Positions 20,183 through 29,857 of a DNA stretch of 60,405 nucleotides are shown piece by piece. The notes beneath the pieces are model-generated. The model saw only the letters and a program-made list of their open reading frames with translations, made no database searches and was not told the origin of the DNA. The stretch lies in the sequence record SRR22947725_163; one strand, 5' to 3'. The first letter of the stretch is position 1. The number at the start of each line of letters is the position of its first letter. A program made the position numbers and the translations under genes.

Positions 20183-21088
20183 ATGAGTGTAAAACTTGGT
20201 GTTAGTCCGATTTCATGGACTAACGATGATATGCCTGAACTGGGTAAAGATACTACTGTAGAGCATTGCCTTAAAGAAGGAAAGCAAGCTGGTTTTAGTG
20301 GATTTGAATTAGGAGGAAAATGGCCTAAGGATTCAGCAATATTAACACCGTTATTTGATAAATATGACATGGACGTAGTTTCTAGCTGGTTTTGTGGAGG
20401 CTTATTAGCAGACTCTTTAGAGGGTGAGATAGAGAGAATAACCCCACATATGAATCTTCTTAAAGATATGGGGACCGAGGTAATTGTTTATTGTGAAATG
20501 GACTCTTGTGTTCATGGAGATATTAGTTCGCCGCTTTCAAAACGCCCTGTCCTTGATAATGAACAATGGGAAGAGTGGACTGATAAGTTGAGTCAGTTGG
20601 CCAAATATACGTTGTCACATGGAATGAAGCTTGCTTACCATCATCATATGGGAACAGTAGTTCAAGTCGAGGAAGAAGTAGACAAGTTAATGGCTATGAC
20701 GACCCATGATCTTGGATTGGTATTTGATACTGGCCATTTAATTTATGCAGGCGCTGATCCTTTAGAGGTTTATAAAAAACATAGTGGAAGGGTTATGCAT
20801 ATTCACTGCAAAGATGTTCGAGGTGAGATATTAAATCGGTCACTAGAAACTGACTCAAGTTTTTTAAATTCAGTTTTGAATGGGGTATATACAGTCCCTG
20901 GCGATGGTGATTTTAATTTTCCTGAGCTATTTAAAATGGTGAGCGATAACAATTTTAATGGATGGGTGGTTGTAGAGGCTGAACAAGACCCAGCAAAAGC
21001 ACATCCGCTAACCTATGTCACAATGGGCTATGAAAATATTAAAAGTTACTGTGAAAAATATGGAATTCAAATAGAGGAAAAAGAATGA
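20183..21088 (+). CDS. iolE: myo-Inosose-2 dehydratase
   Basis: PISWTNDD, HHHMGT, DTGH, HCKD and VEAEQDP motifs. Confidence 0.95.
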   Translation: MSVKLGVSPISWTNDDMPELGKDTTVEHCLKEGKQAGFSGFELGGKWPKDSAILTPLFDKYDMDVVSSWFCGGLLADSLEGEIERITPHMNLLKDMGTEVIVYCEMDSCVHGDISSPLSKRPVLDNEQWEEWTDKLSQLAKYTLSHGMKLAYHHHMGTVVQVEEEVDKLMAMTTHDLGLVFDTGHLIYAGADPLEVYKKHSGRVMHIHCKDVRGEILNRSLETDSSFLNSVLNGVYTVPGDGDFNFPELFKMVSDNNFNGWVVVEAEQDPAKAHPLTYVTMGYENIKSYCEKYGIQIEEKE

Positions 21089-22209
21089 AAACTATTGGTG
21101 TAGGAGTTATTGGTACCGCTTTTATGGGAAAAGCCCATTCTATTGCTTATGCAGCTGCAGGAAGTGTTTTTGGAGATGCCTTAAGGCCTAGATTAGAGAT
21201 TATTTGTGATTACAATCCTGAAAGAGCTGAAGTAATGAGAACTGAAATGGGGTTCTCTCGGTGCACTAGTAATTGGATGGACGTTGTGAATGACCCTGAG
21301 GTACAGTTGATTTCAGTCTGTGTTCCCAATTCTCTTCATAAAGAAATTTCTGTTGCTGCCCTCAAGCTTGGTAAGCATGTTTGGTGTGAAAAACCAATGT
21401 CTACTAATTTAGCTGATTCTGAAGCTATGTTAGCTGCTGCTCAAGCCAGTAATGCTCAAACTATTCTAGGCTACAACTATACTCAAAACCCTGCAGTTCA
21501 AAGTGCTAGAGAGCTTATTGAAGAAGGGGCTATAGGCCGAGTAATTGGATTTCATGGGATATATGATGTTGATAATGAGGCTGATCCAGATCGCCCTCAT
21601 TCTTGGCGCATGAATCGAGAAGCCTCTGGTTCTGGAGCAAATGCTGATGTTATGTGTCATTTGGTTAGTATGGCTCATTATATGACTGGTAGCTCAATAA
21701 CTAGGCTAGTGGGAGATTACGATACTGTTCACAAAGAGCGAACTGATCCTCAGAATCCAAGCCAAAAACTACCTGTTGATAATGATGATGTTTGTACTGC
21801 ATTGGCTCACTTTGAGAGTGGCATTAAAGGAACTTTGAGAGTAAGCAGAGTGGCCTGGGGAAGGAAGTGCGGATTAAGTTGGGAAATACATGGGTCACAG
21901 GGGATGATTTGTCATGATCAAGAGCGTTTGAATGAAATTAAGCTTTACACTAGAAGTGATGATCCGAGGCAAGAAGGCTTCAAAACGATTTTGAGTGGAC
22001 CTGCTCAGCCACCTTACGATGCTTTTTTACCGAATGCAGGACATAGTCTAGGCTTTATCGATGTCAAGGTATGTGAACTTAAACATTTACTAGATTCAAT
22101 TGAAACTGGCAAGCCAGTATGGCCAAACTTTGAAGATGGTTTAAAAATTGAAAGAGTGATGGATGCAATAGACCGCTCCGCAATGACTGGACAGTGGCTT
22201 GATGTCTAA
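21085..22209 (+). CDS. Gfo/Idh/MocA oxidoreductase (second inositol-type dehydrogenase)
   Basis: GTAFMGKAH, CEKP and DQERLNE motifs. Confidence 0.85.
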   Translation: MKTIGVGVIGTAFMGKAHSIAYAAAGSVFGDALRPRLEIICDYNPERAEVMRTEMGFSRCTSNWMDVVNDPEVQLISVCVPNSLHKEISVAALKLGKHVWCEKPMSTNLADSEAMLAAAQASNAQTILGYNYTQNPAVQSARELIEEGAIGRVIGFHGIYDVDNEADPDRPHSWRMNREASGSGANADVMCHLVSMAHYMTGSSITRLVGDYDTVHKERTDPQNPSQKLPVDNDDVCTALAHFESGIKGTLRVSRVAWGRKCGLSWEIHGSQGMICHDQERLNEIKLYTRSDDPRQEGFKTILSGPAQPPYDAFLPNAGHSLGFIDVKVCELKHLLDSIETGKPVWPNFEDGLKIERVMDAIDRSAMTGQWLDV

Positions 22210-23200
22210 ATCCAAACCGCTCAATATGCACTTCTCAGAAAAACGACACTATGATGCGTTAGTGGTAGGTCGAGCTGGACTTGATCTTTATCCTCAGCCT
22301 GCAGGAAGCAAGACTCGAGATGCAGAATCCTTTGCAAGTGATGTAGGCGGGTCTGGAGCAAATATAGCTATTGCTATGAGGCGTGTAGGAGGAAAAGTGG
22401 GGCTTATTTCAGCGATATCTGATGATCCTGTTGGAGAGTTTGTTAGAAATAGGCTTGATTTTGAAGGTGTCGAACTTCAGTTTATGCAAACTACCTTTGG
22501 GGATGAGCGAACTAGTTTGGCAATTGCTGAAGTGCGTCAAGAGGACTGCGAAGTAGTAATATATCGTAATAACCCTGCAGACCTCAGAGTTGTCTTTGAT
22601 GACAATATATCACTTGCCATTGAACAGAGCAGTAACCTAGTTGTAACTGGTACCAGCTTGATTGAGGCTGATTCACGAAAACAAACTTTAAAAATGATGG
22701 CACATGCTCATAAAAATAAATGCAAAGTTTGGTTAGATTTAGACTATCGAAAATGGAATTGGCCAGATCAAGAAACGACGCGTTTGGTTTATCAAGAGGC
22801 AGCTCTGCTTGCAAATGTATTGGTTGGAAATGAAGAAGAATTTCAAATTCTTCAAGAAGATATTAATTTACAAATCAGCCAGAGTGGCTCAAAAAATCAA
22901 CTCATGATTCTTAAACGAGGCAAGGATGGCTGCAGTCTTTTTTTTGGTGATGATCGTCTTGATGCAGGAATTTATAGCTTACCAGTTCTTAAACCCTATG
23001 GTTCTGGTGATGCCTTTCTGGGCAATGTCATAATGAATTATATGTCTTCTGAGGACTGGCAATTGGCAATAGAAGCTGGAAGTGCTGCTGCAGCTTTAGT
23101 AGTGTCAAAACAAGGATGCTCAAGTGCAATGCCAAAAATGGAAGAAATTGAACTATTACAAAAAAACACAACCATTAAACCAAAAACAATTTGGAGTTAA
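22202..23200 (+). CDS. PfkB kinase, short IolC-like paralogue
   Basis: GRAGLDLYP, GGSGAN, DLDYR and KPYGSGDAF motifs; no DUF2090 domain. Confidence 0.85.
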   Translation: MSKSKPLNMHFSEKRHYDALVVGRAGLDLYPQPAGSKTRDAESFASDVGGSGANIAIAMRRVGGKVGLISAISDDPVGEFVRNRLDFEGVELQFMQTTFGDERTSLAIAEVRQEDCEVVIYRNNPADLRVVFDDNISLAIEQSSNLVVTGTSLIEADSRKQTLKMMAHAHKNKCKVWLDLDYRKWNWPDQETTRLVYQEAALLANVLVGNEEEFQILQEDINLQISQSGSKNQLMILKRGKDGCSLFFGDDRLDAGIYSLPVLKPYGSGDAFLGNVIMNYMSSEDWQLAIEAGSAAAALVVSKQGCSSAMPKMEEIELLQKNTTIKPKTIWS

Positions 23201-23202
23201 AT

Positions 23203-24042
23203 ATGCATATCCCCCATCATAACAACAACAACAAGGCAATCGTAGACTGCAATAATGAAATAGTGCCTCTATGCTATTTCAATATTGTAAAGCTGAGTGT
23301 TGGAGAATCTTTCACTTATCAGCTCTCTGATTATGAGACGTGTATTGTTCCTGCAACAGGAAGTGTTGATATACAAGTTCAAGGTCAAACTTTTAAAGCA
23401 GTTGGAAAACGAAACCATATTTGGGAAGCTGACCCTGAAGGTGTCTATGTTCCAGTAGGTTGTGAAGCTAAATTAGTTTGCATCAGTGATGAGGTTGAAG
23501 TTTTTATTTCAGGCGCTAAGCATGATCAAACTCATGATGCTTTTGTCATTAGGCAAAAAGATATTGACAAAGTTCAGTATGGATCTGATGACACTAAAAC
23601 CCATCGTAAAATCAAACATATATTAGGAAAAGATCCAGCTGGAAAGGTTGGAAAGTTATTAGTAAGCGAATTATTCACTGTTGGAGAGGGAGGCTGGTCA
23701 GGCTTTCCACCTCATAAACATGAGATAGATATGCTGCCAGATGAGAGTCGACATAATGAAGTTTATAACTTTAGATTTAATCCTTCAAATGGTTTTGGCG
23801 CTCAATTTTTAACGCCTGATGGAGAAGATTTTGGGCCTATCTATCACGTACGAGACGGGTCTACATTTTTCTTTGACAAGGGTTATCATCCCTGCGTTGC
23901 TGCACCTGGCTTTGAAATGTATTACTTTACTATTTTAGCTGGTGAGACTCAAAGGCCGTTACATATGAAATATCAAAAAGAATATGCTTATCAGCTTGAA
24001 ACCATTCCTGGGATGCAAGACATGCTTAATAAATTTAAATAA
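23203..24042 (+). CDS. Second IolB/KduI-family isomerase
   Basis: GWSGFPPHKH, GYHP and YYFTILAG motifs; RBS GGAG before ATG 23203. Confidence 0.85.
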   Translation: MHIPHHNNNNKAIVDCNNEIVPLCYFNIVKLSVGESFTYQLSDYETCIVPATGSVDIQVQGQTFKAVGKRNHIWEADPEGVYVPVGCEAKLVCISDEVEVFISGAKHDQTHDAFVIRQKDIDKVQYGSDDTKTHRKIKHILGKDPAGKVGKLLVSELFTVGEGGWSGFPPHKHEIDMLPDESRHNEVYNFRFNPSNGFGAQFLTPDGEDFGPIYHVRDGSTFFFDKGYHPCVAAPGFEMYYFTILAGETQRPLHMKYQKEYAYQLETIPGMQDMLNKFK

Positions 24043-24872
24043 TGATTTCAAATCTCAAAGATATTCTTTTGCCAGCCAGTAACCAAGGTTACGCAGTCGC
24101 ATGCTTTAATGTTTTTGGTTTTGAGGACTCAAAGGCAGTTATAGAAGCTGCTGAAGCTAGAAATGCATCTGTCATTCTTTCAATCAATCTTGATATGCGT
24201 CAGTTTATGACTATGGAACAAATTATTGGAATGCTAAGACCTATGGCTGAGAGCTCAAAAGCGCCTGTTTGTATTCACCTTGATCATACGTATGAAGTTG
24301 AGGTGGTGAAGCAAGCAATAGATACCGGGTTTACCTCCGTAATGTTTGATGGTTCTCAATTACCAATTGCTGAAAATATCGCTCATATACGTGATGTGGT
24401 TTCTTATGCCCATCCAAAAGGTGTGTCGGTTGAGGCTGAGGTAGGTTCTGTTCCATATGCATCGGGAAGAGATCATATCAAGTCAGCATTAACTGAGGTT
24501 TCAGATGCTTTAGCTATGGAGCAACAGGGCTGCCCTGATGCACTGGCAATTTCAATTGGCAATGTCCATCGCCTAGAGAGCGGATCTGTAGAAATAGATA
24601 TGAAGCGTTTTAATGAACTTGAAAAGGCACTAAGCATTCCCTTAGTTATTCATGGAACAAGTGGCTTAGATGATAAAGATATTAAAATATTGTCAAAGCG
24701 TCATGTCACTAAATTTAATGTTGGAACAGTTTTGAGAAAAAGTTTTGGAAGTTCATTAAGAGCTTCACTGAACTCTAATCCGGAGCTATTTGATAGAATC
24801 ACAATCATGCAACAAGTGATTCCTGATTTAAAAGATACAGCAACAAAGGTTATTGATCTGCTTGGCCAATAA
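24042..24872 (+). CDS. Class II aldolase (IolJ/Fba-like)
   Basis: HLDH, SVMFDGS, EAEVG, GNVH and IHGTSG motifs. Confidence 0.88.
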   Translation: MISNLKDILLPASNQGYAVACFNVFGFEDSKAVIEAAEARNASVILSINLDMRQFMTMEQIIGMLRPMAESSKAPVCIHLDHTYEVEVVKQAIDTGFTSVMFDGSQLPIAENIAHIRDVVSYAHPKGVSVEAEVGSVPYASGRDHIKSALTEVSDALAMEQQGCPDALAISIGNVHRLESGSVEIDMKRFNELEKALSIPLVIHGTSGLDDKDIKILSKRHVTKFNVGTVLRKSFGSSLRASLNSNPELFDRITIMQQVIPDLKDTATKVIDLLGQ

Positions 24873-24891
24873 AACCAGGATTAATCATCTC

Positions 24892-25938
24892 CTACTTAGA
24901 TATTGCTCTTGAAAGACTTCTAATGACTTCTTCTGTTTCTTGCCAATCAATGCATCCATCAGTGACTGATACGCCATATTGCATGTCATCTTTATTATCT
25001 AATATTTTTTGTTTACCCGAGAATAAGTTGCTTTCAAGCATTACACCAAAAATTGATTTATTACCTAAAAGTATTTGACTTTTAATGTCTTCAATAACTT
25101 TACCTTGATTTCTATAATCTTGATTAGAGTTATCATGAGAGCAGTCAATCATGATTCTTTCAGCTAAACCATTTTCTTTGAGAAGTTTTTCGCAATGATT
25201 TATAGCATCTTTATCATAATTAGGCTCGGCTCCCCCTCTAAGGATTATGTGAGAAGATTTGTTACCTTTTGCCTTGAATGTAGAAATCTGTCCTTTGTCA
25301 TTAATCCCTAGAAAGCTTTGTTTTGAAGAGCAGGCTTTGATGGCATTAATAGCCATAGTCAAATTTCCATCGGTACCATTTTTAAAACCAACTGGCATCG
25401 AGAGTCCACTTGACATTTCTCGATGCGTTTGAGATTCAGTTGTTCTTGCCCCAATCGCACACCATGAAATCAAGTCAGCTAAGTACTGAGGTGTGATCGG
25501 GTTAAGCGCTTCAGTCCCAATGGGAATATTTTTTTCTGCAAGCCATGCTAAAAGCTCACGCCCCTGGCGAAGACCCTTTTCTACATCTAGCGAGTTGTCC
25601 ATATCTGGGTCACTAATTAAGCCCTTCCAGCCAACAGTCGTTCTTGGCTTTTCAAAATAAACTCTCATAACGATGAAAATTGATTTTTCAACCTCTTTTT
25701 GAAGGGTCAGTAATTTTAGAGCATACTCTTTGGCAGCATTAATATCATGAATTGAACATGGCCCAACAATTACAATTAATCTGTCATCATTTCCTAAAAA
25801 AATGTCTTCAACAGTATTTCGACTCGATAAAATGTTCTCTTTGCCTTGCTCGCTGACAGAGATTTGTTGTCTCAACTCAATCGGTGAGGTAATAACCGTT
25901 TCGGTTTCAATATTTTTATTGTGAATTTGATTAGTCAT
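24892..25938 (-). CDS. aroG: Class I DAHP synthase
   Basis: GPCSIHD, RVYFEKPRT, IGARTTESQ, DCSH and SVTDGC motifs. The isoenzyme (aroF/G/H) cannot be resolved. Confidence 0.92.
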   Translation of the reverse strand: MTNQIHNKNIETETVITSPIELRQQISVSEQGKENILSSRNTVEDIFLGNDDRLIVIVGPCSIHDINAAKEYALKLLTLQKEVEKSIFIVMRVYFEKPRTTVGWKGLISDPDMDNSLDVEKGLRQGRELLAWLAEKNIPIGTEALNPITPQYLADLISWCAIGARTTESQTHREMSSGLSMPVGFKNGTDGNLTMAINAIKACSSKQSFLGINDKGQISTFKAKGNKSSHIILRGGAEPNYDKDAINHCEKLLKENGLAERIMIDCSHDNSNQDYRNQGKVIEDIKSQILLGNKSIFGVMLESNLFSGKQKILDNKDDMQYGVSVTDGCIDWQETEEVIRSLSRAISK

Positions 25939-26013
25939 GTAAGTCTATTTTATTACTGTGACCGAAGATTTAAACATAAATCTAAAGTTTGTTTTATAAA
26001 GTTTGTACTACCT

Positions 26014-26847
26014 ATGAAATTATTAATTAAAAAATTGCTGTTATTTTCACTTATTTTCCTTGTTGGTTGTAGTTCAACGACTTTTGTGTATAACCGGATT
26101 GATTTTTTATTACCTTGGTATCTTGAAAGTTATGTGGATCTTAACCGAGAGCAAAAACAAGATTTAAAGGAGTTATTAATTCCATTTTTTAAATGGCATA
26201 GGGAGGAAGAATTACCTAGTTATGTAGCTATTATTGAGGACTTAGAGTTGACTCTTGATTCTTCAGTGGAGTTTGAGAGTATCGCTAAAATAACTCATGA
26301 TGTTGAAGAATCTTGGTTCAGACTGGAGGATAGAATGCTTTTGTGGGCTATACCAATGACGAGAGATCTGTCTGAAAAACAAATAGATGGGTTTATTCAA
26401 ACTATGGAAACTAAAACAGAGCAACGTGAAAATGAATACTTAAGTCGTAATTTGCAAACCTATCAGAGTGATAACTATAAGCGTTTAAGAAAAAACTTAA
26501 GGCGCTTTATGGGCGGTCTCAATAAAGATCAGCTTGACCTGATTACGACCGCAAGTAAAAAAATGATTAGAGTAGATGGTCAATGGATTGATAACCGAAA
26601 GGCTCTCATTGAAAAACTTAAGGTCATTCTTGAGAGAGGTGATGGCTGGGAACTGGCACTTGAAAATATAACTCACAGGGACGATTTAGTAGCTCAGAAT
26701 TATCGTAAAACTTATGCGCACAACATTTCAGTAAACCAAAACCTTCTTATTGAAATATTAAATTCACGCACTGATAAACAAGATCTAAAACTACGCACGC
26801 AACTTTCAAGATATAAAACTGATATTAATAATTTGATTAAGCAATAA
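26014..26847 (+). CDS. Lipoprotein, DUF6279-like
   Basis: Lipobox LVGC after MKLLIKK..., plus YNRIDF and WHR.EELP motifs. Start moved to ATG 26014. Confidence 0.75.
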   Translation: MKLLIKKLLLFSLIFLVGCSSTTFVYNRIDFLLPWYLESYVDLNREQKQDLKELLIPFFKWHREEELPSYVAIIEDLELTLDSSVEFESIAKITHDVEESWFRLEDRMLLWAIPMTRDLSEKQIDGFIQTMETKTEQRENEYLSRNLQTYQSDNYKRLRKNLRRFMGGLNKDQLDLITTASKKMIRVDGQWIDNRKALIEKLKVILERGDGWELALENITHRDDLVAQNYRKTYAHNISVNQNLLIEILNSRTDKQDLKLRTQLSRYKTDINNLIKQ

Positions 26848-26851
26848 TAGA

Positions 26852-27973
26852 TTACCAACGTCTTTTCATTCTTCCTCTAAAGATATCTGATCCCCAGTTA
26901 AGAAGAAGCCCAATGATGGCCGCGCCTGCAAGCCATAGATAAGGAAGGCTGCCATTAGATTTGAATATTATTGCTCTATAAGCGCTTCCAATTGAATCAA
27001 AAGGAATCCAGGTCCCAATAAGCTCTAACCACTCTGGCGCTGCGCTCAAAGGAATCATAGTTCCACTCAGCACTGATTGATAAAAGACAATTGGAAGAAT
27101 TAAAACCATCGCGGATAGTCCGATAATAGTAAAAATTCCAAGGAAAAGCCAACTCAAGCAGATGCTAATCAGCCAAGGCGCTAGCCAAAGCATTATGAAT
27201 GACCCCCATTGCAGAGTAGAAGTTGTCACAACGATTGCTAAAACCAAGCTGGAAGCTCCCATTGTCATTATTGGAATAACAGTTCTTACATAGGCTCTAT
27301 TCAGAAGAGTCATTTGATTAGTTGCAAGAAAAAGTAGGACGGATCCAACCATCGCAGTCAGCCAGGTCACAAAATTCATGACAAAGGGCGACGGCATAGA
27401 GGCAAGGCTTTGAGCTTTATACAAAGTTTCATTTTCAATCATGATTGGCATCTCAAGCCTAGACTGCTCATTTTTAATTTTTGATAAGCGAAGGTTTGAA
27501 ACAAAAGTAGAGAGTCCCATCTGGAACATTGATGGGAGCTGCTTCGCAATCTGAGTTTCAGAGACAGTTAAGTGTTCTGTGCTGATAACTTTGACAGCTA
27601 TGCTGCGATCACTTAATGCAAGTTCTGAAAAATTTTCTGGAAAAATAATGACTGAAGAAATACTACCTTTAGAGAGTGCTTCTTTCGCCTCATCCGCAGT
27701 CTTAAATAAACCCACTCTGAAGGGTAATGATCTAGACAATGATTTTATTGCCTGAGTTGAAATTCGAGGAATCGTTATACTCGTATCTAGATTTACTATC
27801 CCAAGTTTAAAGTTCGATGCAATTTTTTCGGGATCGTTCGGAGCTGTAAGATTGAATAAAGAAAAGATTAATGAAATAAGGATTGGGACAATAACCGCTG
27901 CCCTAAATAATTTGCTGCGACGAAAATCATTAAGTGAGGAGGGCATTAAACTGAACCAAAATAAATTAAACAA
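26852..27973 (-). CDS. ABC-2/YhgE-Pip-like membrane protein
   Basis: N-terminal TM, GIVNLD, IIFPENFS, then multiple C-terminal TMs. Start uncertain (27973 or 27946). Confidence 0.7.
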   Translation of the reverse strand: MFNLFWFSLMPSSLNDFRRSKLFRAAVIVPILISLIFSLFNLTAPNDPEKIASNFKLGIVNLDTSITIPRISTQAIKSLSRSLPFRVGLFKTADEAKEALSKGSISSVIIFPENFSELALSDRSIAVKVISTEHLTVSETQIAKQLPSMFQMGLSTFVSNLRLSKIKNEQSRLEMPIMIENETLYKAQSLASMPSPFVMNFVTWLTAMVGSVLLFLATNQMTLLNRAYVRTVIPIMTMGASSLVLAIVVTTSTLQWGSFIMLWLAPWLISICLSWLFLGIFTIIGLSAMVLILPIVFYQSVLSGTMIPLSAAPEWLELIGTWIPFDSIGSAYRAIIFKSNGSLPYLWLAGAAIIGLLLNWGSDIFRGRMKRRW

Positions 27974-27986
27974 TACATAAACTCGC

Positions 27987-29606
27987 CTATTTAGTCAAAC
28001 TGGAATGGTTGTCTTCAAGAATCATTTCAGCTGCTTTCTCTGCAATCATCATGGTTGGTGCGTTCGTATTGCCTGATACAAGTTCAGGCATGATTGAGGC
28101 ATCAACAACTCTTAATCCAGAGACTCCATGAACCCTGAGACGATCATCAACTACACTTTCTTCATCATGTCCCATCTTACAGGTACCAACAGGATGATAA
28201 ATACTTTGACTATGATTTTTAGCCACTTCTAATAACTCCTCATCCGATTCAAAGGAATTGCCAGGAACATATTCATCAAGAATGTTATCTTTAATCGAAT
28301 TTGCCTTCGCAATCTTTCTTGCAATTTTAATAGAGTCGATTGCAATTTGTCTGTCAGATTCTGTCGATAGATAGTTTGGAATGATTGTTGGAAGATCGTT
28401 TGGATTTGAAGATTTAATTGAAACTTCTCCTCTACTTTCCGGCCTTAAGTTACAAATAGACATTGTAAATGCAGAAAAGGGATGAACACCATCTCCAGGT
28501 TTGTCTGCACTTAATGGTTGCATATGAAATTGTATATTAGGCCTTGAGCCGTCCAGAGAAGTATTGGTAAAGGCAAAGACTTGACTAGCGCTCAGTGTTA
28601 ATGGTCCCGTTCTAAAAAGCATATACTGAAGACCAATCAGCCCTTTCTTCCACCATGTGTTGAGCTCATCATTCAAGGTTCTTGTGTTAGTTTTGTAAAC
28701 CATTCTAACCTGGAGATGGTCCTGCAAGTTTTTTCCAACTGAAGGATTGTTATGAATTGTTTTGATACCCAGTTCACTTAAGTGTTTATCATCCCCGATT
28801 CCAGAAAGTTGTAATATTTGAGGTGAACTGATTGCTCCTGCAGACAAAATAACTTCTTTGTTTGCATGAATTATCTGATTAGATTGTCCTTTATTTTGAG
28901 AGCATTCAACACCAATCGCCTTTGACCCTTCAAAAATGACTTTTCCCAGTTGTGTATTTGTAACAATGGTCAAATTTTTCCTAGATCTAATTTTTCTGTT
29001 TAAAAATGAACGGTATGAGCTTCTTCTGAAGCCTTTATGTGTTGTTTGTTGAAAATAGCCAACCCCTTCTTGCTTCTCTCCATTGCAATCTGAGTTGAAA
29101 GGAATCCCTACTTCTTCAGAGGCTTGGATAAAAAGGTCAGCTATTTCTCTTCGAAGTCGGAGATTAGAAACTTTAAGTTCTCCATCAATACCATGGAATT
29201 CATTTGCACCATTTTCTTGACACTCAAACTTTTTAAAATAAGGAAGAACATCTTTATATGACCAGCCTTTATTTCCCAGCTTCTCCCAGTTATCATAGTC
29301 ATGTCTATCGCCTCGGATATAGAGAAGTCCGTTAAGGGCACTGGAGCCTCCTAGTACTTTTCCTCGTGGCCAATCAATCCTTCTGTTATTTAAACCTTTG
29401 TCCTTTTCAAGTTTATACATCCAATCAAATTTGGGATTATTCATGGTTTTGAAATACCCAACTGGGACATGAAGCCAGATGTTATTGTCTCTTCGACCAG
29501 CCTCAATCAATAGCACCTTGTTTTCTGGGTTTAGAGAGAGTCGGTTGGCAAGCAAGCATCCCGCTGATCCAGCGCCAATAACAATGTAATCGTATTCCTT
29601 AAGCAT
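27987..29606 (-). CDS. GMC-family FAD oxidoreductase (choline-dehydrogenase-like, substrate uncertain)
   Basis: GAGSAG, RGKVLGGSS, NLQDH, HPVGT, DASIMP and GNTNAP motifs. Confidence 0.9.
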   Translation of the reverse strand: MLKEYDYIVIGAGSAGCLLANRLSLNPENKVLLIEAGRRDNNIWLHVPVGYFKTMNNPKFDWMYKLEKDKGLNNRRIDWPRGKVLGGSSALNGLLYIRGDRHDYDNWEKLGNKGWSYKDVLPYFKKFECQENGANEFHGIDGELKVSNLRLRREIADLFIQASEEVGIPFNSDCNGEKQEGVGYFQQTTHKGFRRSSYRSFLNRKIRSRKNLTIVTNTQLGKVIFEGSKAIGVECSQNKGQSNQIIHANKEVILSAGAISSPQILQLSGIGDDKHLSELGIKTIHNNPSVGKNLQDHLQVRMVYKTNTRTLNDELNTWWKKGLIGLQYMLFRTGPLTLSASQVFAFTNTSLDGSRPNIQFHMQPLSADKPGDGVHPFSAFTMSICNLRPESRGEVSIKSSNPNDLPTIIPNYLSTESDRQIAIDSIKIARKIAKANSIKDNILDEYVPGNSFESDEELLEVAKNHSQSIYHPVGTCKMGHDEESVVDDRLRVHGVSGLRVVDASIMPELVSGNTNAPTMMIAEKAAEMILEDNHSSLTK

Positions 29607-29760
29607 TTTTATATGTGTAATTTATTATCACTACCTATTAAATGTAGTTTTATTTTTTTAATAAAGATTAGACTGACTGGACTTCAATTATAGGTAAAAC
29701 TTTAAAGCATCTAGTTATGAATAAAAAAATAGATTGACTTACGTTTTTTTTATAAATAGA

Positions 29761-29790
29761 TTGAAACATATATATCAATTGATGTATACT
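29761..29790 (+). promoter_or_regulatory. Putative sigma70 promoter of the TRAP operon with a candidate operator in the spacer
   Basis: TTGAAA-18 nt-TATACT, with ACATATATATCA at 29766-29777. Confidence 0.5.
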
Positions 29791-29857
29791 GGTTGTTAGC
29801 TAAATGCATATTATATTGTGTGTTTAACTACTTATATATAAATTATTAGGAGATTTT

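Noticed and set aside
23221-23232. (AAC)4 microsatellite as a phase-variation tract or DGR template
   Set aside because: It is a short in-frame Asn run at the N-terminus of the IolB-like gene.
27987-29606. betA assignment
   Set aside because: No betB/betI context and the substrate loop is not BetA-like, so the symbol is withheld.
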